A stretch of 55,847 nt of DNA from Bacilli bacterium (lineage in GTDB: Bacteria > Bacillota_I > Bacilli_A > ML615J-28 > CAG-698): positions 1-55,847 of the forward strand of contig JAQVOS010000003.1 of assembly GCA_028702495.1 (NCBI GenBank). The letters are read 5' to 3'. A model generated the notes under the pieces. The model did not search any database and was not told the origin of the DNA. It was given only the letters and a program-made list of their open reading frames with translations. A program made the position numbers and the translations under genes. Of the stretch, positions 10,762 through 22,450 are shown piece by piece. Positions within the stretch are counted from its first letter, which is position 1. The number at the start of each line of letters is the position of its first letter.

Positions 10762-13188
10762 ATGAATGACTACATCAGAGAATTAGTTGAAACCAATCTT
10801 GCTAAAAGTTTTGGGGTTCAATTATCAGAAGCCAATTTAGACCAACTATATCGTGCTTGTGCGACAACAATCAATGACATTCTTCGTCAAAAACGGAAAA
10901 ACTTTAATCATCGCGTAAAACAAACCAAAAGTCGACGCGTCTATTATTTGTCTATGGAATTTTTAATGGGAAGATCCTTCAAGAATAATATTTATAACCT
11001 TGATCTCGTGAATGAATTTTCATCCGTACTCGAATCAATCGGTTATTCACTCGAAGATCTATACCAATATGAACCCGATGCTGGACTGGGTAATGGCGGC
11101 CTCGGACGCTTAGGCGCTTGTTATATGGACGCTCTTGCAACAGGAGATTATCCTGCTATGGGGTATTCTTTACGCTATGAATATGGTCTATTCAAACAAA
11201 AAATCATCAATAATTGGCAAACTGAACTTCCTGATGTGTGGTTACCTGGAGGCGAAGTGTGGTTGACAGTTCGTTCTGATAAGAACTATACCGTTTCTTT
11301 TGGTGGACGTATTGAAACTCAAGTAATCGATGGAAAAACCCTTTATCGTCATGTGGATGCTCAAACAATTGAAGCTGTTCCCTATGATATGATGGTTTCT
11401 GGAGCTGAAAGTGAAGCTGTTTCCGTATTAAGGTTATGGAAAAGTAACAACATTCATCGCTTTGATTTGAATTCATTCTCTCAAGGAGATTATATCAAAG
11501 CCATGAAGGATTCCACCGAAGCTGAACTGATTACTAAAATCCTTTATCCCACTGATGATCATCCAGGGGGAAAAGAACTGCGCTTAAAACAACAATACTT
11601 CCTCGTCAGTGCTTCCATTCAAAACATTATTGCCGATCATATTCGTTATTATGGGGATATTCATTTATTTCCTAAATACGTTGCAATCCACATTAATGAT
11701 ACGCATCCAGCCCTATGTATTCCGGAGCTTATGCGAATTTTTATGGATGAATATCACATTCCTTTTGAAACGGCTTGGGACTATGTCACAAAATCAGTTT
11801 CTTATACCAACCATACAGTCATGGCAGAAGCCCTTGAACGTTGGGACGAAGGACTCCTTCGGACCATGCTTCCCCGCATTTATATGATCCTTGAACAAAT
11901 CAATGAGCATTTTCTTGCGGAAGCGAAATGTTTGGGGAAAAATAAAGACGAATGCCGTGGTATATCCATTTTTGAAGAGCATCAAGTCCGCATGGCCAAC
12001 TTATGTATCATTGGCTCCCATATGGTCAACGGTGTTTCTAAACTTCACAGTGATATTATTAAGAAAAGCGTCTTTGGAAACTTCTATCAACTAAGTCCCC
12101 AAAAATTCACCAATGTGACCAATGGGATTGCTTATCGTAGATGGTTGTATCAATCGAACCCTCTCCTCGCTCGCTTTATTGAAGAGAAGATTGGGCATAC
12201 GGTTTATAAAGACGCTTCCCAATTAAAAGAGTTACTAGCGTATGTTGAAGATGATGAGACCTTAAAGAAAATTGAAGAAATAAAGTTCAGAAATAAAGTC
12301 CAGTTTTCTAAATATTTTTATCAAAAAACAGGAATTGTGATTAACCCGAAAACGCGTTTTGATGTTCAAATCAAACGATTCCATGAATATAAACGCCAAC
12401 TCTTAAATGCCTTAAGAATTGTTGCGCTATATCTTCAATTAGAAGAAAATCCTCAAATTTTAGTGACCCCACAAACCTTCATCTTTGGGGGTAAAGCGGC
12501 TCCCGGATATTATCAAGCCAAAGAAGTGATTGAACTCATCAATGCCATATCTCTTGATTTATCGAAGCGCCCCGACATCAAAGAAAAACTGAACGTGGTG
12601 TTTGTGGAAGACTATAATGTATCGGTTGCAGAAATGTTGATTCCAGCATCTGAAGTGAGTGAACAAATCTCACTTGCGGGAAAAGAAGCCAGTGGTACTT
12701 CCAATATGAAATTCATGATGAATGGTGCCCTTACTTTTGGAACCTTGGATGGAGCGAATGTTGAAATTTGCGAACTCGTTGGTGAAGACAACATTTTCAT
12801 TTTCGGTATGAAAACCGAAGAAGTCGAAGCTTTATGGGCGAAAGGATATCGTTCTATGGATTATTATGAACAAGACCCCTTGATTCATAAAGTCATTGAT
12901 CGCTTAAATCGTGGATTCTCAGGAAAATCCTTTGAAAATATTTCGAACTATTTATTGGGCAAATACCCTGTTGCCGATCCTTTTATGTGTCTTGCTGATT
13001 TTAATTCGTTCATGGCAACCTATGAAACCATGGATAAACGATATCAAAACAAACGTGAATGGAACAAAATGGCCCTCATCAACATTGCTTCCTCAGGAAC
13101 GTTCTCAGCCGATCGTAGCATCAAAGAATATGCAAAAAAGATATGGCATTTGAAAGCTGTAAAAAACGATGAAACCCATTCAGTTTAA
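10762..13188 (+). CDS. glgP: Glycogen/starch phosphorylase
   Basis: DAGLGNGGLGRL, NDTHP, KRFHEYKRQ, EASGTSNMKF. Confidence 0.95.
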   Translation: MNDYIRELVETNLAKSFGVQLSEANLDQLYRACATTINDILRQKRKNFNHRVKQTKSRRVYYLSMEFLMGRSFKNNIYNLDLVNEFSSVLESIGYSLEDLYQYEPDAGLGNGGLGRLGACYMDALATGDYPAMGYSLRYEYGLFKQKIINNWQTELPDVWLPGGEVWLTVRSDKNYTVSFGGRIETQVIDGKTLYRHVDAQTIEAVPYDMMVSGAESEAVSVLRLWKSNNIHRFDLNSFSQGDYIKAMKDSTEAELITKILYPTDDHPGGKELRLKQQYFLVSASIQNIIADHIRYYGDIHLFPKYVAIHINDTHPALCIPELMRIFMDEYHIPFETAWDYVTKSVSYTNHTVMAEALERWDEGLLRTMLPRIYMILEQINEHFLAEAKCLGKNKDECRGISIFEEHQVRMANLCIIGSHMVNGVSKLHSDIIKKSVFGNFYQLSPQKFTNVTNGIAYRRWLYQSNPLLARFIEEKIGHTVYKDASQLKELLAYVEDDETLKKIEEIKFRNKVQFSKYFYQKTGIVINPKTRFDVQIKRFHEYKRQLLNALRIVALYLQLEENPQILVTPQTFIFGGKAAPGYYQAKEVIELINAISLDLSKRPDIKEKLNVVFVEDYNVSVAEMLIPASEVSEQISLAGKEASGTSNMKFMMNGALTFGTLDGANVEICELVGEDNIFIFGMKTEEVEALWAKGYRSMDYYEQDPLIHKVIDRLNRGFSGKSFENISNYLLGKYPVADPFMCLADFNSFMATYETMDKRYQNKREWNKMALINIASSGTFSADRSIKEYAKKIWHLKAVKNDETHSV

Positions 13189-14956
13189 TCCCTCATATTC
13201 CTTCCATAAGAGCCCTTTAGGGGCTCTTAAAATAAAGGAAGAAGCAAACTTAACTTTTAAGATTTCAAGAGAATATCGTTTTGATTGGATTAATTTCATC
13301 ATAACTCACGATGATCATTTGCATCTTCAACGGATTGATGTAAAAAAAGTACATGAAGATGTGAACTTTCTTCATTATCAGTGTGGATTTTCGATATCAA
13401 AAGTGGGTCATTATTGGTATTATTTTGAAGTTCACGATGTTTATGGAACCCATTACCTCATTCCTAATCCTGATTATGATGCCGTGTTAAGTGATGAGAT
13501 TCAAAGTCGCTGGTTTATAGGAATCTATGATGCCGCTTCTCTTCCCCCACAGTGGCCCTTAGGAAAAATTATCTATCAAATCATGATTGATCGCTTTTTC
13601 AAAGGAAGAGTCATATCTCTGAAAGCAGGAGCCATCGTTCATGAAGACTGGAATGAGACTCCTTTATCCAACAAAAAAATCGGACGTGATTTTTTTGGTG
13701 GAAATATCGATGGAATCATTCAAAAATTGGATTATCTAAAATCATTATCCATTGGGGCTCTTTATTTAAACCCTTTCTTTGAAGCCGCTAGTAATCATAA
13801 ATATGATACAGGTGATTTCATGAAGGTGGATTCCATGTTTGGAACCGAAGAGGAATTACGTCATCTTGTGAAAGAGGCAAATAATCGCGGAATATCAATT
13901 ATTTGGGATGGTGTCTTTAACCATACGGGAGATGATTCCCTCTATTTTAATCGTTATCATCACTATCCGACTCTCGGGGCTTATGAATCAAAGGATTCCC
14001 CCTATTATTCCTGGTATTACTTTAAAGATTATCCAACAGTTTATGAGTCATGGTGGGGTTTTCAGAATCTTCCTCGACTTCGTCAAAATCATCCCGAATA
14101 TCGAAAACTCATTACGGGTGATGCGGGGGTTTTATCTAAATGGACATCCTTTGGGCTCAAGGGAATACGTCTTGATGTCGTCGATGAACTAGAGGATGAA
14201 TTTGTTGAAGCGATTCAAAGAAAACTGAAGTCAATGGATTCTGAGCAATTCATTATTGGTGAAGTATGGGAAGATGCTTCTACCAAATGTGCTTATGGAA
14301 AAAGACGTTCCTATTTTAATGGATATGAACTTGATTCGGTGATGAACTATCCCTTACGAGATGCTATTTTTAATTTACTTCAAACAAAAGATACAGCCCT
14401 CTTGCGAAATACAATGAGACTTCTCATTACCCAATATCCCAAAAGGGTTCTTGATCGCTTGATGAATATTCTTGGAACCCATGATACTGAGCGACTTTAT
14501 ACGATGGTATCCCTGATTGATGAAGAAAAAGCTCTTTCACTCCTTAAGATAGCATCCCTTTTACAATACACTCTTCCCGGAATTCCATGCGTCTATTATG
14601 GAGATGAAATCGGCCTCGAAGGCATGAAAGATCCATTTTGTCGAGGCACTTTCAAGTGGGAGCGTGTCGGGAATGCCATCAACGAATGGTATCAAACCTT
14701 AGGCGAGTTGCGAAAAGATCCCATCTTTCAAGAAGGTATCTATCAAGAAAAAGTATTTAGTAAAGGTGCTTTAGGATATTCTAGAACATGGAATCATGAA
14801 ACCATCCTCGTTCTCATTAATATGGGCGATACACCTTTGGAGTACCCTATCGTAACTTCTCATCCACCTATTGTTGAGTGGTTCACTAAAAGAGAAATTC
14901 ATGAAAAAATTATTTTAAGCAAATATGAATTTGCTGTAGTAAGATATTATAACTAA
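13169..14956 (+). CDS. GH13 neopullulanase/amylopullulanase-like enzyme
   Basis: SNHKYDTGD, DGVFNHTG, GIRLDVVDE, GEVWED, GTHDTER, YYGDEIG. Confidence 0.88.
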   Translation: MKPIQFNPSYSFHKSPLGALKIKEEANLTFKISREYRFDWINFIITHDDHLHLQRIDVKKVHEDVNFLHYQCGFSISKVGHYWYYFEVHDVYGTHYLIPNPDYDAVLSDEIQSRWFIGIYDAASLPPQWPLGKIIYQIMIDRFFKGRVISLKAGAIVHEDWNETPLSNKKIGRDFFGGNIDGIIQKLDYLKSLSIGALYLNPFFEAASNHKYDTGDFMKVDSMFGTEEELRHLVKEANNRGISIIWDGVFNHTGDDSLYFNRYHHYPTLGAYESKDSPYYSWYYFKDYPTVYESWWGFQNLPRLRQNHPEYRKLITGDAGVLSKWTSFGLKGIRLDVVDELEDEFVEAIQRKLKSMDSEQFIIGEVWEDASTKCAYGKRRSYFNGYELDSVMNYPLRDAIFNLLQTKDTALLRNTMRLLITQYPKRVLDRLMNILGTHDTERLYTMVSLIDEEKALSLLKIASLLQYTLPGIPCVYYGDEIGLEGMKDPFCRGTFKWERVGNAINEWYQTLGELRKDPIFQEGIYQEKVFSKGALGYSRTWNHETILVLINMGDTPLEYPIVTSHPPIVEWFTKREIHEKIILSKYEFAVVRYYN

Positions 14957-14960
14957 ATCG

Positions 14961-14992
14961 ATAACCCTTTTCAATCAATTGAGAAGGGTTAT
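14961..14992. terminator. Terminator-like hairpin after the glycogen operon
   Basis: ataacccttttcaat / attgagaagggttat inverted repeat. Confidence 0.65.
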
Positions 14993-15108
14993 TACTATAT
15001 TTATGACAAAAACTCTATCAATCATAAAGACTATTTCGAAGAAAGAGGGATTAGGTCTTTTCTTTTCATTTGATTTTCAGTATAATGTATGTATTAAGAG
15101 GAATTCAC

Positions 15109-15939
15109 ATGGAACCTATCACTGCCATCCTTCCAATTGAATATCAAGAAACACTTCTCACTGCAACTGATTTAACCTTTCAAAATTATCGTTTAAATTT
15201 TGAAATTGGTTCTCATTCTAAAGTGGGTGTTTTTGCACGAAATGAAGAAACCATCCACGAATTCTTATTAGTAATGAGTGGAATCCTTCGTTCAAAAGGA
15301 TTGCTCTATCAAGGTGCTAGTTGTTATGACAACGCGCGTTATTTCGCCAAGCGCATTTATGCCGATACCCATATTGACTATTTTTCAACCCTATCAGCAA
15401 AAGTGATTGCTTCAACAATCCTCAAAGAATTTCATAAAGAAGTGGATGAGGAAACATTAAATCGTTATATTCGTGCGCTTTCCTTGCGACGAGAATGTGT
15501 GGTTCGTGATGCGGTTGAGTATACTTTAATGGGGAAAACAATGATTTTGTTATCAACGCTTTTATCTACTTCATGCCCCCTCATCATTCGTCATCCCCTG
15601 CAAAATTTAAATCATGAAATGAGCCAGTATTTTGTGAATGAGATGACAAAAAAAGAGGAAGCCCTTATTTTTGGGGGAGGCCCCTTAAAACCATGGGAAG
15701 GAAAACTAGATGCCCTTATTCTTTTGGGGGATAATGGGAAAGCATGTGTAATGGATCCTTCCATTCAAGCACTCTATTATATTGTAGGAACCGCACCAGA
15801 AAATGCCCTATTTATTGATGTGGCAAAAAAGGGATATATCATTTTAGATCAAGATAAAGGAGCTAAGGTTGCTCAAGGCCGCAAACAACCCAAAGCCATG
15901 AAAATTAATCCATATGAACTTGAAAAAATCTTTGCGTAG
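15109..15939 (+). CDS. Degenerate ABC-ATPase-like protein lacking Walker A
   Basis: KVGVFARNEETIHEFLLVMSGI lies where GLLGRNGAGKTTLL..IAG occurs in ABC ATPases; followed by a permease-like gene. Confidence 0.45.
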   Translation: MEPITAILPIEYQETLLTATDLTFQNYRLNFEIGSHSKVGVFARNEETIHEFLLVMSGILRSKGLLYQGASCYDNARYFAKRIYADTHIDYFSTLSAKVIASTILKEFHKEVDEETLNRYIRALSLRRECVVRDAVEYTLMGKTMILLSTLLSTSCPLIIRHPLQNLNHEMSQYFVNEMTKKEEALIFGGGPLKPWEGKLDALILLGDNGKACVMDPSIQALYYIVGTAPENALFIDVAKKGYIILDQDKGAKVAQGRKQPKAMKINPYELEKIFA

Positions 15940-16507
15940 TTTCTATCAAAAAGAAACTCTTCTGGTAGTGGGGTTACTCCTTGTTGCTTTATTGATTGTG
16001 GTCGTTTTAGGCAATAAAGAACAAGTGATGATGACTTTCTTACAAATACAGTGGGTTCTAGCAACAGGCATGTACTTATTCGGTCTCCAAGAAATCACCA
16101 ATGTCACAAGACTTGGGTGGGGAACCCCTCGCGCCCGTATTCATGCCAAATTTTTACAAGGACTGATCCTGATGATTCTCATCATGTCAATGATATGGAT
16201 TCTTGTCCTCGGGTTATTTGCTTTACGTGAAGAAACTTTAAAGGTTCAACAAACTTTAATACATCAAATTTTATGGTCGCTTTCATCACTTTTCTTCCTC
16301 TCACAAATGGGACTCCTTTTTGGCAATTGTCAAATGAAAGAGTGGCTTCCTTTTGTCATTTTAACAATTCTTTTGACAGGACTTCTATGGGGGAGTGTTT
16401 TATCCTCGTGGATTACAACGCTTGCGCTTTTGGCCTTAGGATTCATTGTGAATGGAATTAATCATCGATTGGTTCGGAACATGAAAGTCATGAGGTTTGT
16501 ATCATGA
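15914..16507 (+). CDS. Multi-pass membrane protein (ABC-2 permease-like)
   Basis: Five to six hydrophobic segments; overlaps both neighbouring genes. Confidence 0.6.
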   Translation: MNLKKSLRSFYQKETLLVVGLLLVALLIVVVLGNKEQVMMTFLQIQWVLATGMYLFGLQEITNVTRLGWGTPRARIHAKFLQGLILMILIMSMIWILVLGLFALREETLKVQQTLIHQILWSLSSLFFLSQMGLLFGNCQMKEWLPFVILTILLTGLLWGSVLSSWITTLALLALGFIVNGINHRLVRNMKVMRFVS

Positions 16508-18519
16508 GTCATAATTTCACGAAACAATATATCGGGATGCATCTTATCTATACAACGCTTTTTCTGTTTCTCAATATTGCCAATGGCTTTTTAGTGAATT
16601 CGACCATATTCAATGAATATTTAAGCACTTATAATCGCGATTTATTTATGATCATTAACTACATGTTTGGTGATTTTGGATTTATGACAATACTCTTTGC
16701 TTTTGGAATTCTTTTCTTTAAAAAAGACATTTCTCGAATGCGATATATGATGATTGTAACCCTTGTCGTGTCCATGCTATGTATCATGAGCTCGATGTAT
16801 ATTTATAACTATGGAACGGTGTTTGCTTTCAGCAATCTCACCGCGCTCAACAATCCGGCTGGAGGCATGGCCTTAGAGTTTATGTTATCCATGGCAACAG
16901 TTCTATTTAGGCATGCCCAGTATTTAACGCTTATCCCTGTCATTGTTATGGTGTCTTTATACATCATCTATCGTAAAAAATTTAAAAGTGAGTTAGAAGG
17001 AACTCCAGTCTTGGGGTATCTTCGTTCACGTCTTTATATGGGATTTAGTTTTATTTTCATTGGAATTCTTTTAATGGTGAATGCACTTGCTTCTTATCAA
17101 AGTGATATCGAAGAAACATGGTTTGAAGAAAACGGATCGGTTTTATATGGCATCCAAACCATTGGAATGTTTAATTACTATGTCTATGATTTTTATGCCA
17201 CCTATCTATCTGATATCACCGATGTGAAGGAAGAAAAAATTCAAGCTCTCAAAGATTACTTAAATGATGCAACGAATCCAAATCAGGAAAGTCCATTGAA
17301 TGGTGTCTTATATGGAAACAACACCGACACAGCACACCTTTTTGAAGGGAAGAATTTAATCCTCATTCAAGTAGAATCTTTAAGTAATTTTGTGATTGGT
17401 CTAGAAATCAATGGTGTTGAAGTGACCCCTAATTTAAATATGATGGCACTCTCTGGCTCTTATTTCAACAAGTTCTACTCAACGGTTGGGATTGGAAATA
17501 CCTCCGATGCTGAGTTTAGTGTCATGACAGGACTTTATCCTGATGGGAATCGTGTATCCATCTATGAATATGAGCGCTCGCAATATGATACCCTTGCCAA
17601 AGCATTTTCTCAAGCTGGATATCACACATTCTCCATCCATGGAAATGTTTCAACATTTTACTCTAGAGGAACTAATCATCTCGCAATGTTTGGCTTTGAT
17701 ACTCATATTGGGATGGAAAACCTTGAAAACAAGACAGGACTTGTCCATCAATGGATCAATGATTATGACCTTCTCATGGCAACACTTGCCGATATGGAAG
17801 CGACAACAGAAGTTGATTTTGCCTATCCAATCACGATATCCTGTCACACCCCCTATTTAGAAGATCCAGTCGTGAAGGCGAAATGTGAGGAATTCGGTTT
17901 CTCAGCAAGTCAAATTAAGGATCCCATGCTAAAAGGTTATTTAGAACATATGTTCTATACGGACTGGGCTATCGGAGAATTTTTAAAAGCTTTAGAAGAA
18001 GCTGCTCTTCCTGAAGAAACAGTCGTTGCACTATATGGAGATCATGGGGCGGGTATCGATCCCAGTGCTTTAGCTGAGGCCTATTCAATCCTTGAAAACG
18101 AAATCAATCCCATTCTTCCTTTGATTGGCGAAACCGAGGATGAAAATCACATTTTTTATGCTCGAGAGCTTAGTCGAGAAGTTCCATTCATCATTTATGA
18201 GGCCACGACAAATCCCCTCATAACTCCCAGTATTTATTCAAAGGTTAGATGTTCTATCGATATTTTTCGGACTCTTGCTAATTTATACGACTTAATTCCA
18301 ACCCATTATTTTGGAAATGATTGCTTTAGTGATGCTCCGGGGATTGCTTATAATCCTCGAAACATGGATTGCTTCACTGATGAAGGGATGATTATTCTTC
18401 CTTCAGAGCAAGTCTATGGGAACGAAATATCACAAGAGCGTCTTCAAGAACTCATAGAGATTATCAAAGAGCTCAAAGGAATGAATGATAAAGTCCTACG
18501 ATGGGGCGATATCAGTTAA
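16504..18519 (+). CDS. LTA synthase family (sulfatase-fold phosphoglycerol transferase)
   Basis: N-terminal TM helices, then NLILIQVES, GIGNTSDAEF, YGDHG motifs. Confidence 0.88.
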   Translation: MSHNFTKQYIGMHLIYTTLFLFLNIANGFLVNSTIFNEYLSTYNRDLFMIINYMFGDFGFMTILFAFGILFFKKDISRMRYMMIVTLVVSMLCIMSSMYIYNYGTVFAFSNLTALNNPAGGMALEFMLSMATVLFRHAQYLTLIPVIVMVSLYIIYRKKFKSELEGTPVLGYLRSRLYMGFSFIFIGILLMVNALASYQSDIEETWFEENGSVLYGIQTIGMFNYYVYDFYATYLSDITDVKEEKIQALKDYLNDATNPNQESPLNGVLYGNNTDTAHLFEGKNLILIQVESLSNFVIGLEINGVEVTPNLNMMALSGSYFNKFYSTVGIGNTSDAEFSVMTGLYPDGNRVSIYEYERSQYDTLAKAFSQAGYHTFSIHGNVSTFYSRGTNHLAMFGFDTHIGMENLENKTGLVHQWINDYDLLMATLADMEATTEVDFAYPITISCHTPYLEDPVVKAKCEEFGFSASQIKDPMLKGYLEHMFYTDWAIGEFLKALEEAALPEETVVALYGDHGAGIDPSALAEAYSILENEINPILPLIGETEDENHIFYARELSREVPFIIYEATTNPLITPSIYSKVRCSIDIFRTLANLYDLIPTHYFGNDCFSDAPGIAYNPRNMDCFTDEGMIILPSEQVYGNEISQERLQELIEIIKELKGMNDKVLRWGDIS

Positions 18520-18590
18520 GCCAAGTCTAAGGTACTGATATCATAATATTAGTATCATAGTATTACTATTATAGAAAGGAGGTCATCTTG

Positions 18591-19919
18591 ATGAAACAAA
18601 TTTTAAAAACTTTCTTTGAGAAGTACGATCTACATCCAAATTGTGTTGTAGTCGGAGTCTCTACAGGTGTAGATTCCATGGTACTTCTCACTCTTCTTCA
18701 AGAAATCCTCCCTTCTAATGCTATTGTTGTAGGTCATATCAATCATGGCAAGCGAGAGGCTTCCGTTATGGAAGAAGCCTTTATTCGTCGCTATTGTGAA
18801 GAGGGCCATCTTCGATGTTATGTTGATTATTTTCAAGAAAATGAGGGTAATTTTCAAGAAGAAGCTCGTCTTTTTCGCTTACAATTCTTTAAACGAATCA
18901 TGCATGAAGTGAAGGCCTCCCACTTGTTTTTGGCTCATCATCTCAATGACGATATGGAAACGGTCTTCATGCAGATGATGCGCGGAGGATCACTGGCTAG
19001 ACTTGCCGGAATACAGGAGTATTATCTCGAAGATGGGATTGCACTATGCCGCCCGCTTCTAGAGACTCCGAAGCAATTGATTCTTGAATATGCCACTCAA
19101 GAGAAGATCGTCTATTATGAAGATGCATCTAATGCGACCGATGACTATACACGCAATTGGGTTCGTCATCATATTGTTGGAAAGATCGAAAAAGAGTTTC
19201 CTGATTTTAGAACCTCTTTTCTCGAGTATAAAACCAATCTATCTGAAACGGCCGACCTCATTCGTCAGGCAAGAGATTGCTATATCCAAGAATTTGTTCA
19301 TTCGATTAACCGAGGAAATGAGTGGAGTCGCTCCTCCTTCCTTGTACTTCCTCCCCTTCTCCAACGTGAAGTCTTGTTTGAACTTACAAAAAAGAATCGA
19401 TTGTCGCGTGCTTTTATCGATGAAATTCGTCATCTAATTGAAAATAACAAACCCAATCATACCCTTGCAATGAAGGATTCATGGTTTGAAAAGGAATATG
19501 ATGTGATTCGTATCGTTGAACAATCAACACAACAAGTTCCTAAAAGCATCCTTTTGGAAGAACTAAAAGACTATCCGATTGATGATCAGTGGACCATTTC
19601 CCTCACAAAAAAAAGGTGCAATTGTGAGTGCAATTCAAGTATTATATGGTATAATAGTAGCATGTTGCCACTAGTTGCAAGATGTAGACAAGATGGCGAT
19701 GAGATAGAATTTGACTACGGCACTAAGAAAGTGAAGAAGTGTTTTATCGACCAGAAAGTAGGAAAGTCATTTCGTGACCTTCCAATTCTCTTGGAAAAAG
19801 ATGATATCATCCTTGCCATTCTTGGGGTTGCTCGAAGCAAACATCTAAGCTCACTCAAAGATTGTGATATCACAGTCGAATTAAAGGAGACTAAGAATGA
19901 AAGTAAATCCCTGCATTGA
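18591..19919 (+). CDS. tilS: tRNA(Ile)-lysidine synthetase
   Basis: GVSTGVDSMVL, LAHHLNDD.ET, RPLL, DASN..DDYTRN.VRH; upstream of hpt-ftsH. Confidence 0.93.
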   Translation: MKQILKTFFEKYDLHPNCVVVGVSTGVDSMVLLTLLQEILPSNAIVVGHINHGKREASVMEEAFIRRYCEEGHLRCYVDYFQENEGNFQEEARLFRLQFFKRIMHEVKASHLFLAHHLNDDMETVFMQMMRGGSLARLAGIQEYYLEDGIALCRPLLETPKQLILEYATQEKIVYYEDASNATDDYTRNWVRHHIVGKIEKEFPDFRTSFLEYKTNLSETADLIRQARDCYIQEFVHSINRGNEWSRSSFLVLPPLLQREVLFELTKKNRLSRAFIDEIRHLIENNKPNHTLAMKDSWFEKEYDVIRIVEQSTQQVPKSILLEELKDYPIDDQWTISLTKKRCNCECNSSIIWYNSSMLPLVARCRQDGDEIEFDYGTKKVKKCFIDQKVGKSFRDLPILLEKDDIILAILGVARSKHLSSLKDCDITVELKETKNESKSLH

Positions 19920-20442
19920 AGAAGTATTGATTTCTCATGAAATGATTCAAGCGAAATGTGCAGAACTTGGTAAAAGAATTACTGAGGACTATGATGGAAA
20001 AACCCCCATTCTCATCTGCTTATTAAAAGGTGGCGTTCCCTTTATGGGTGAACTCATTAAGCACATTGAATGTGATATGGAAATGGATTTTATCGATGTA
20101 TCTAGTTATGATGGTGTTACTTCTACGGGTAAGGTAAGACTTGTGCGAGACATCAATTCTGATGTATCCAATCGTCATATCCTTTTAATCGATGACATCA
20201 TTGATACAGGCAACACCCTCACAGAAGTTGTGAAAATATTTAAAGAAAGAAAAGCTAGCACTGTGGAAACAGTCACTTTGATTGATAAACCAGAAGGACG
20301 TAAGGTCGCAAACATGGAGCCCAAATATGTTGGATACTCCATACCCAATCGTTTTGTTGTAGGATTTGGTCTTGATTACAACGAATTGTACCGCAACCTT
20401 CCTTACATTGGAATTCTAAAACGAAGTGTATATGAGCATTAA
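19897..20442 (+). CDS. hpt: Hypoxanthine phosphoribosyltransferase
   Basis: [32 protein letters not shown]. Confidence 0.95.
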   Translation: MKVNPCIEEVLISHEMIQAKCAELGKRITEDYDGKTPILICLLKGGVPFMGELIKHIECDMEMDFIDVSSYDGVTSTGKVRLVRDINSDVSNRHILLIDDIIDTGNTLTEVVKIFKERKASTVETVTLIDKPEGRKVANMEPKYVGYSIPNRFVVGFGLDYNELYRNLPYIGILKRSVYEH

Positions 20443-20453
20443 GGAGGAAAACA

Positions 20454-22450
20454 ATGGCCCAAGCCCCACAAAAGAAACCTAAAATTTTTACGAGACGTGA
20501 TTTAGGAGTCGTTATTTTAATTGCTGTTATTATCATTGGTCTTGTGGTTTTAGTCACCCAAAACGCAAATAAACCGGACGAACTAACTCTCAACGATTTC
20601 TATACATATGTTGAAGAGGGTGCTGTCACTGAAGTCTATGTGACGCCTGCCGGTTCAGGTGCAAACCTACAACTATATGATATCAACGGAAAATACTCTG
20701 TTGGCGGTGTGCAAAAAACCTTTACCATTACCGTGGATGAGGCAACCCTCGATTGGGTTCGAGAGCAAGCACTAAGTAGCACCACATTGAAGATTGAAAT
20801 CTATAAACTCAGCGAATTTGATTGGCTCAGTTTGATTTACATCTTAGGCACTGTTGTATTTGTCATCATCATTCTCTTCATGTTTTTCCGAGGAGCCAAT
20901 AATTCTAATAAGCAAGCATTTGACTTTGCAAAAAGTAGAGCTCGCCTCAATCGTCAAAAAACAACCACTTTCAAAGATGTGGCTGGTGCGGATGAGGAAA
21001 AAGAAGAAATGCAAGAAGTGATTGACTTCTTAAAGACTCCGCGCAAGTATTATGAAATGGGAGCCCGTGTTCCCAAAGGAATATACTTGTTGGTTCTCCT
21101 GGTACTGGTAAAACTTTAATCGCACGAGCTGTTGCTGGTGAAGCTAATGTTCCATTCTATTCGATCTCAGGATCTGATTTTGTGGAAATGTTTGTGGGTG
21201 TCGGTGCTAGTCGTGTTCGTGATATGTTTAAAACAGCAAAACAAAATGCGCCTTGCATTATTTTCATCGATGAAATTGATGCTGTAGGGCGTCAAAGAGG
21301 AGCAGGATTAGGGGGAGGTCACGATGAACGTGAACAAACTTTAAACCAATTACTCGTTGAAATGGATGGATTTGGAGACAATTCAGGTGTAATCGTTATG
21401 GCTGCAACCAATAGACCTGACGTATTAGACCCAGCCCTACTTCGTCCAGGGCGTTTTGACCGTCAAATCACCATGACCGTACCCGATGTAAAAGCAAGAA
21501 CTGAAATCTTAAAAGTTCATGCTCGAAATAAGAAAATTTCTCCCAAAGTTAATTTAGAGGATATTTCCAAACGAACACCAGGCTTTACTGGTGCTGATCT
21601 TGAAAACTTACTCAATGAAGCAGCGCTTCTTGCTGCTCGTGAAAATCGTAAAGAAGTCAAAATTTATGATATCGATGAAGCCATTGACCGTGTCTTAATG
21701 GGCCCTGCAAAACGGAGTCGTAAATATACACCTAAAGAAAAACGAATGATTTCATTCCATGAAGCAGGTCATGCGATTCTCGGAATGAAACTTGAAAGTG
21801 CTGAAATCGTTCAAAAAGTGACCATTGTCCCTCGTGGACAAGCAGGTGGCTACTCCATGATGACTCCTGAAGAAGAACACTTTACTCGTTCTCGTCGCGA
21901 ATTACTCGATCAAATCGCAGGACTTCTCGGTGGACGGGTGAGTGAAGAACTCTTTATTGGTGAAATCTCAACGGGTGCTTATGAAGATATTCAACGAGCA
22001 ACAGTCATTGCAAGAGCCATGGTAGCTGAATATGGGATGAGTAAGCTCGGGCCTATTCAATATGAAAAGAAACAAGGATCGATTTTCTTAGGTCGTGACT
22101 ATATGACCGATAAAAACTTCTCTGATCAAGTTGCATTAGAAATTGACCACGAAGTTCGTGCCATCATTAACGAATGCTACGAAAAAGCAAAAGAAGTTTT
22201 AACGATTCATACCGATATCGTGACCAAAGTTGCTGAACATCTTCTTGAAATTGAAACATTGACACGTGAAGATATTTATGAACTTGTTAATACTGGCAAA
22301 CTTGACTGGTGGGAACGCAAGAAAGTAAAATTAGAAGCTGAACGCGTCGCTCAAGAAAAAGAAGCTGAGTTGCAAGAAATCTATAAAAAGCAACTTGAAG
22401 CCATGGAACAAGCAAAGAAAACCGACGACGATTCTCATGAGACTCGATAA
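20454..22450 (+). pseudogene. ftsH: ATP-dependent zinc metalloprotease FtsH with a -1 frameshift near 21083 (probably a sequence error)
   Basis: Two TM helices and MGARVPKGI in the first frame; [27 protein letters not shown] and HEAGH continue in the -1 frame. Confidence 0.9.
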
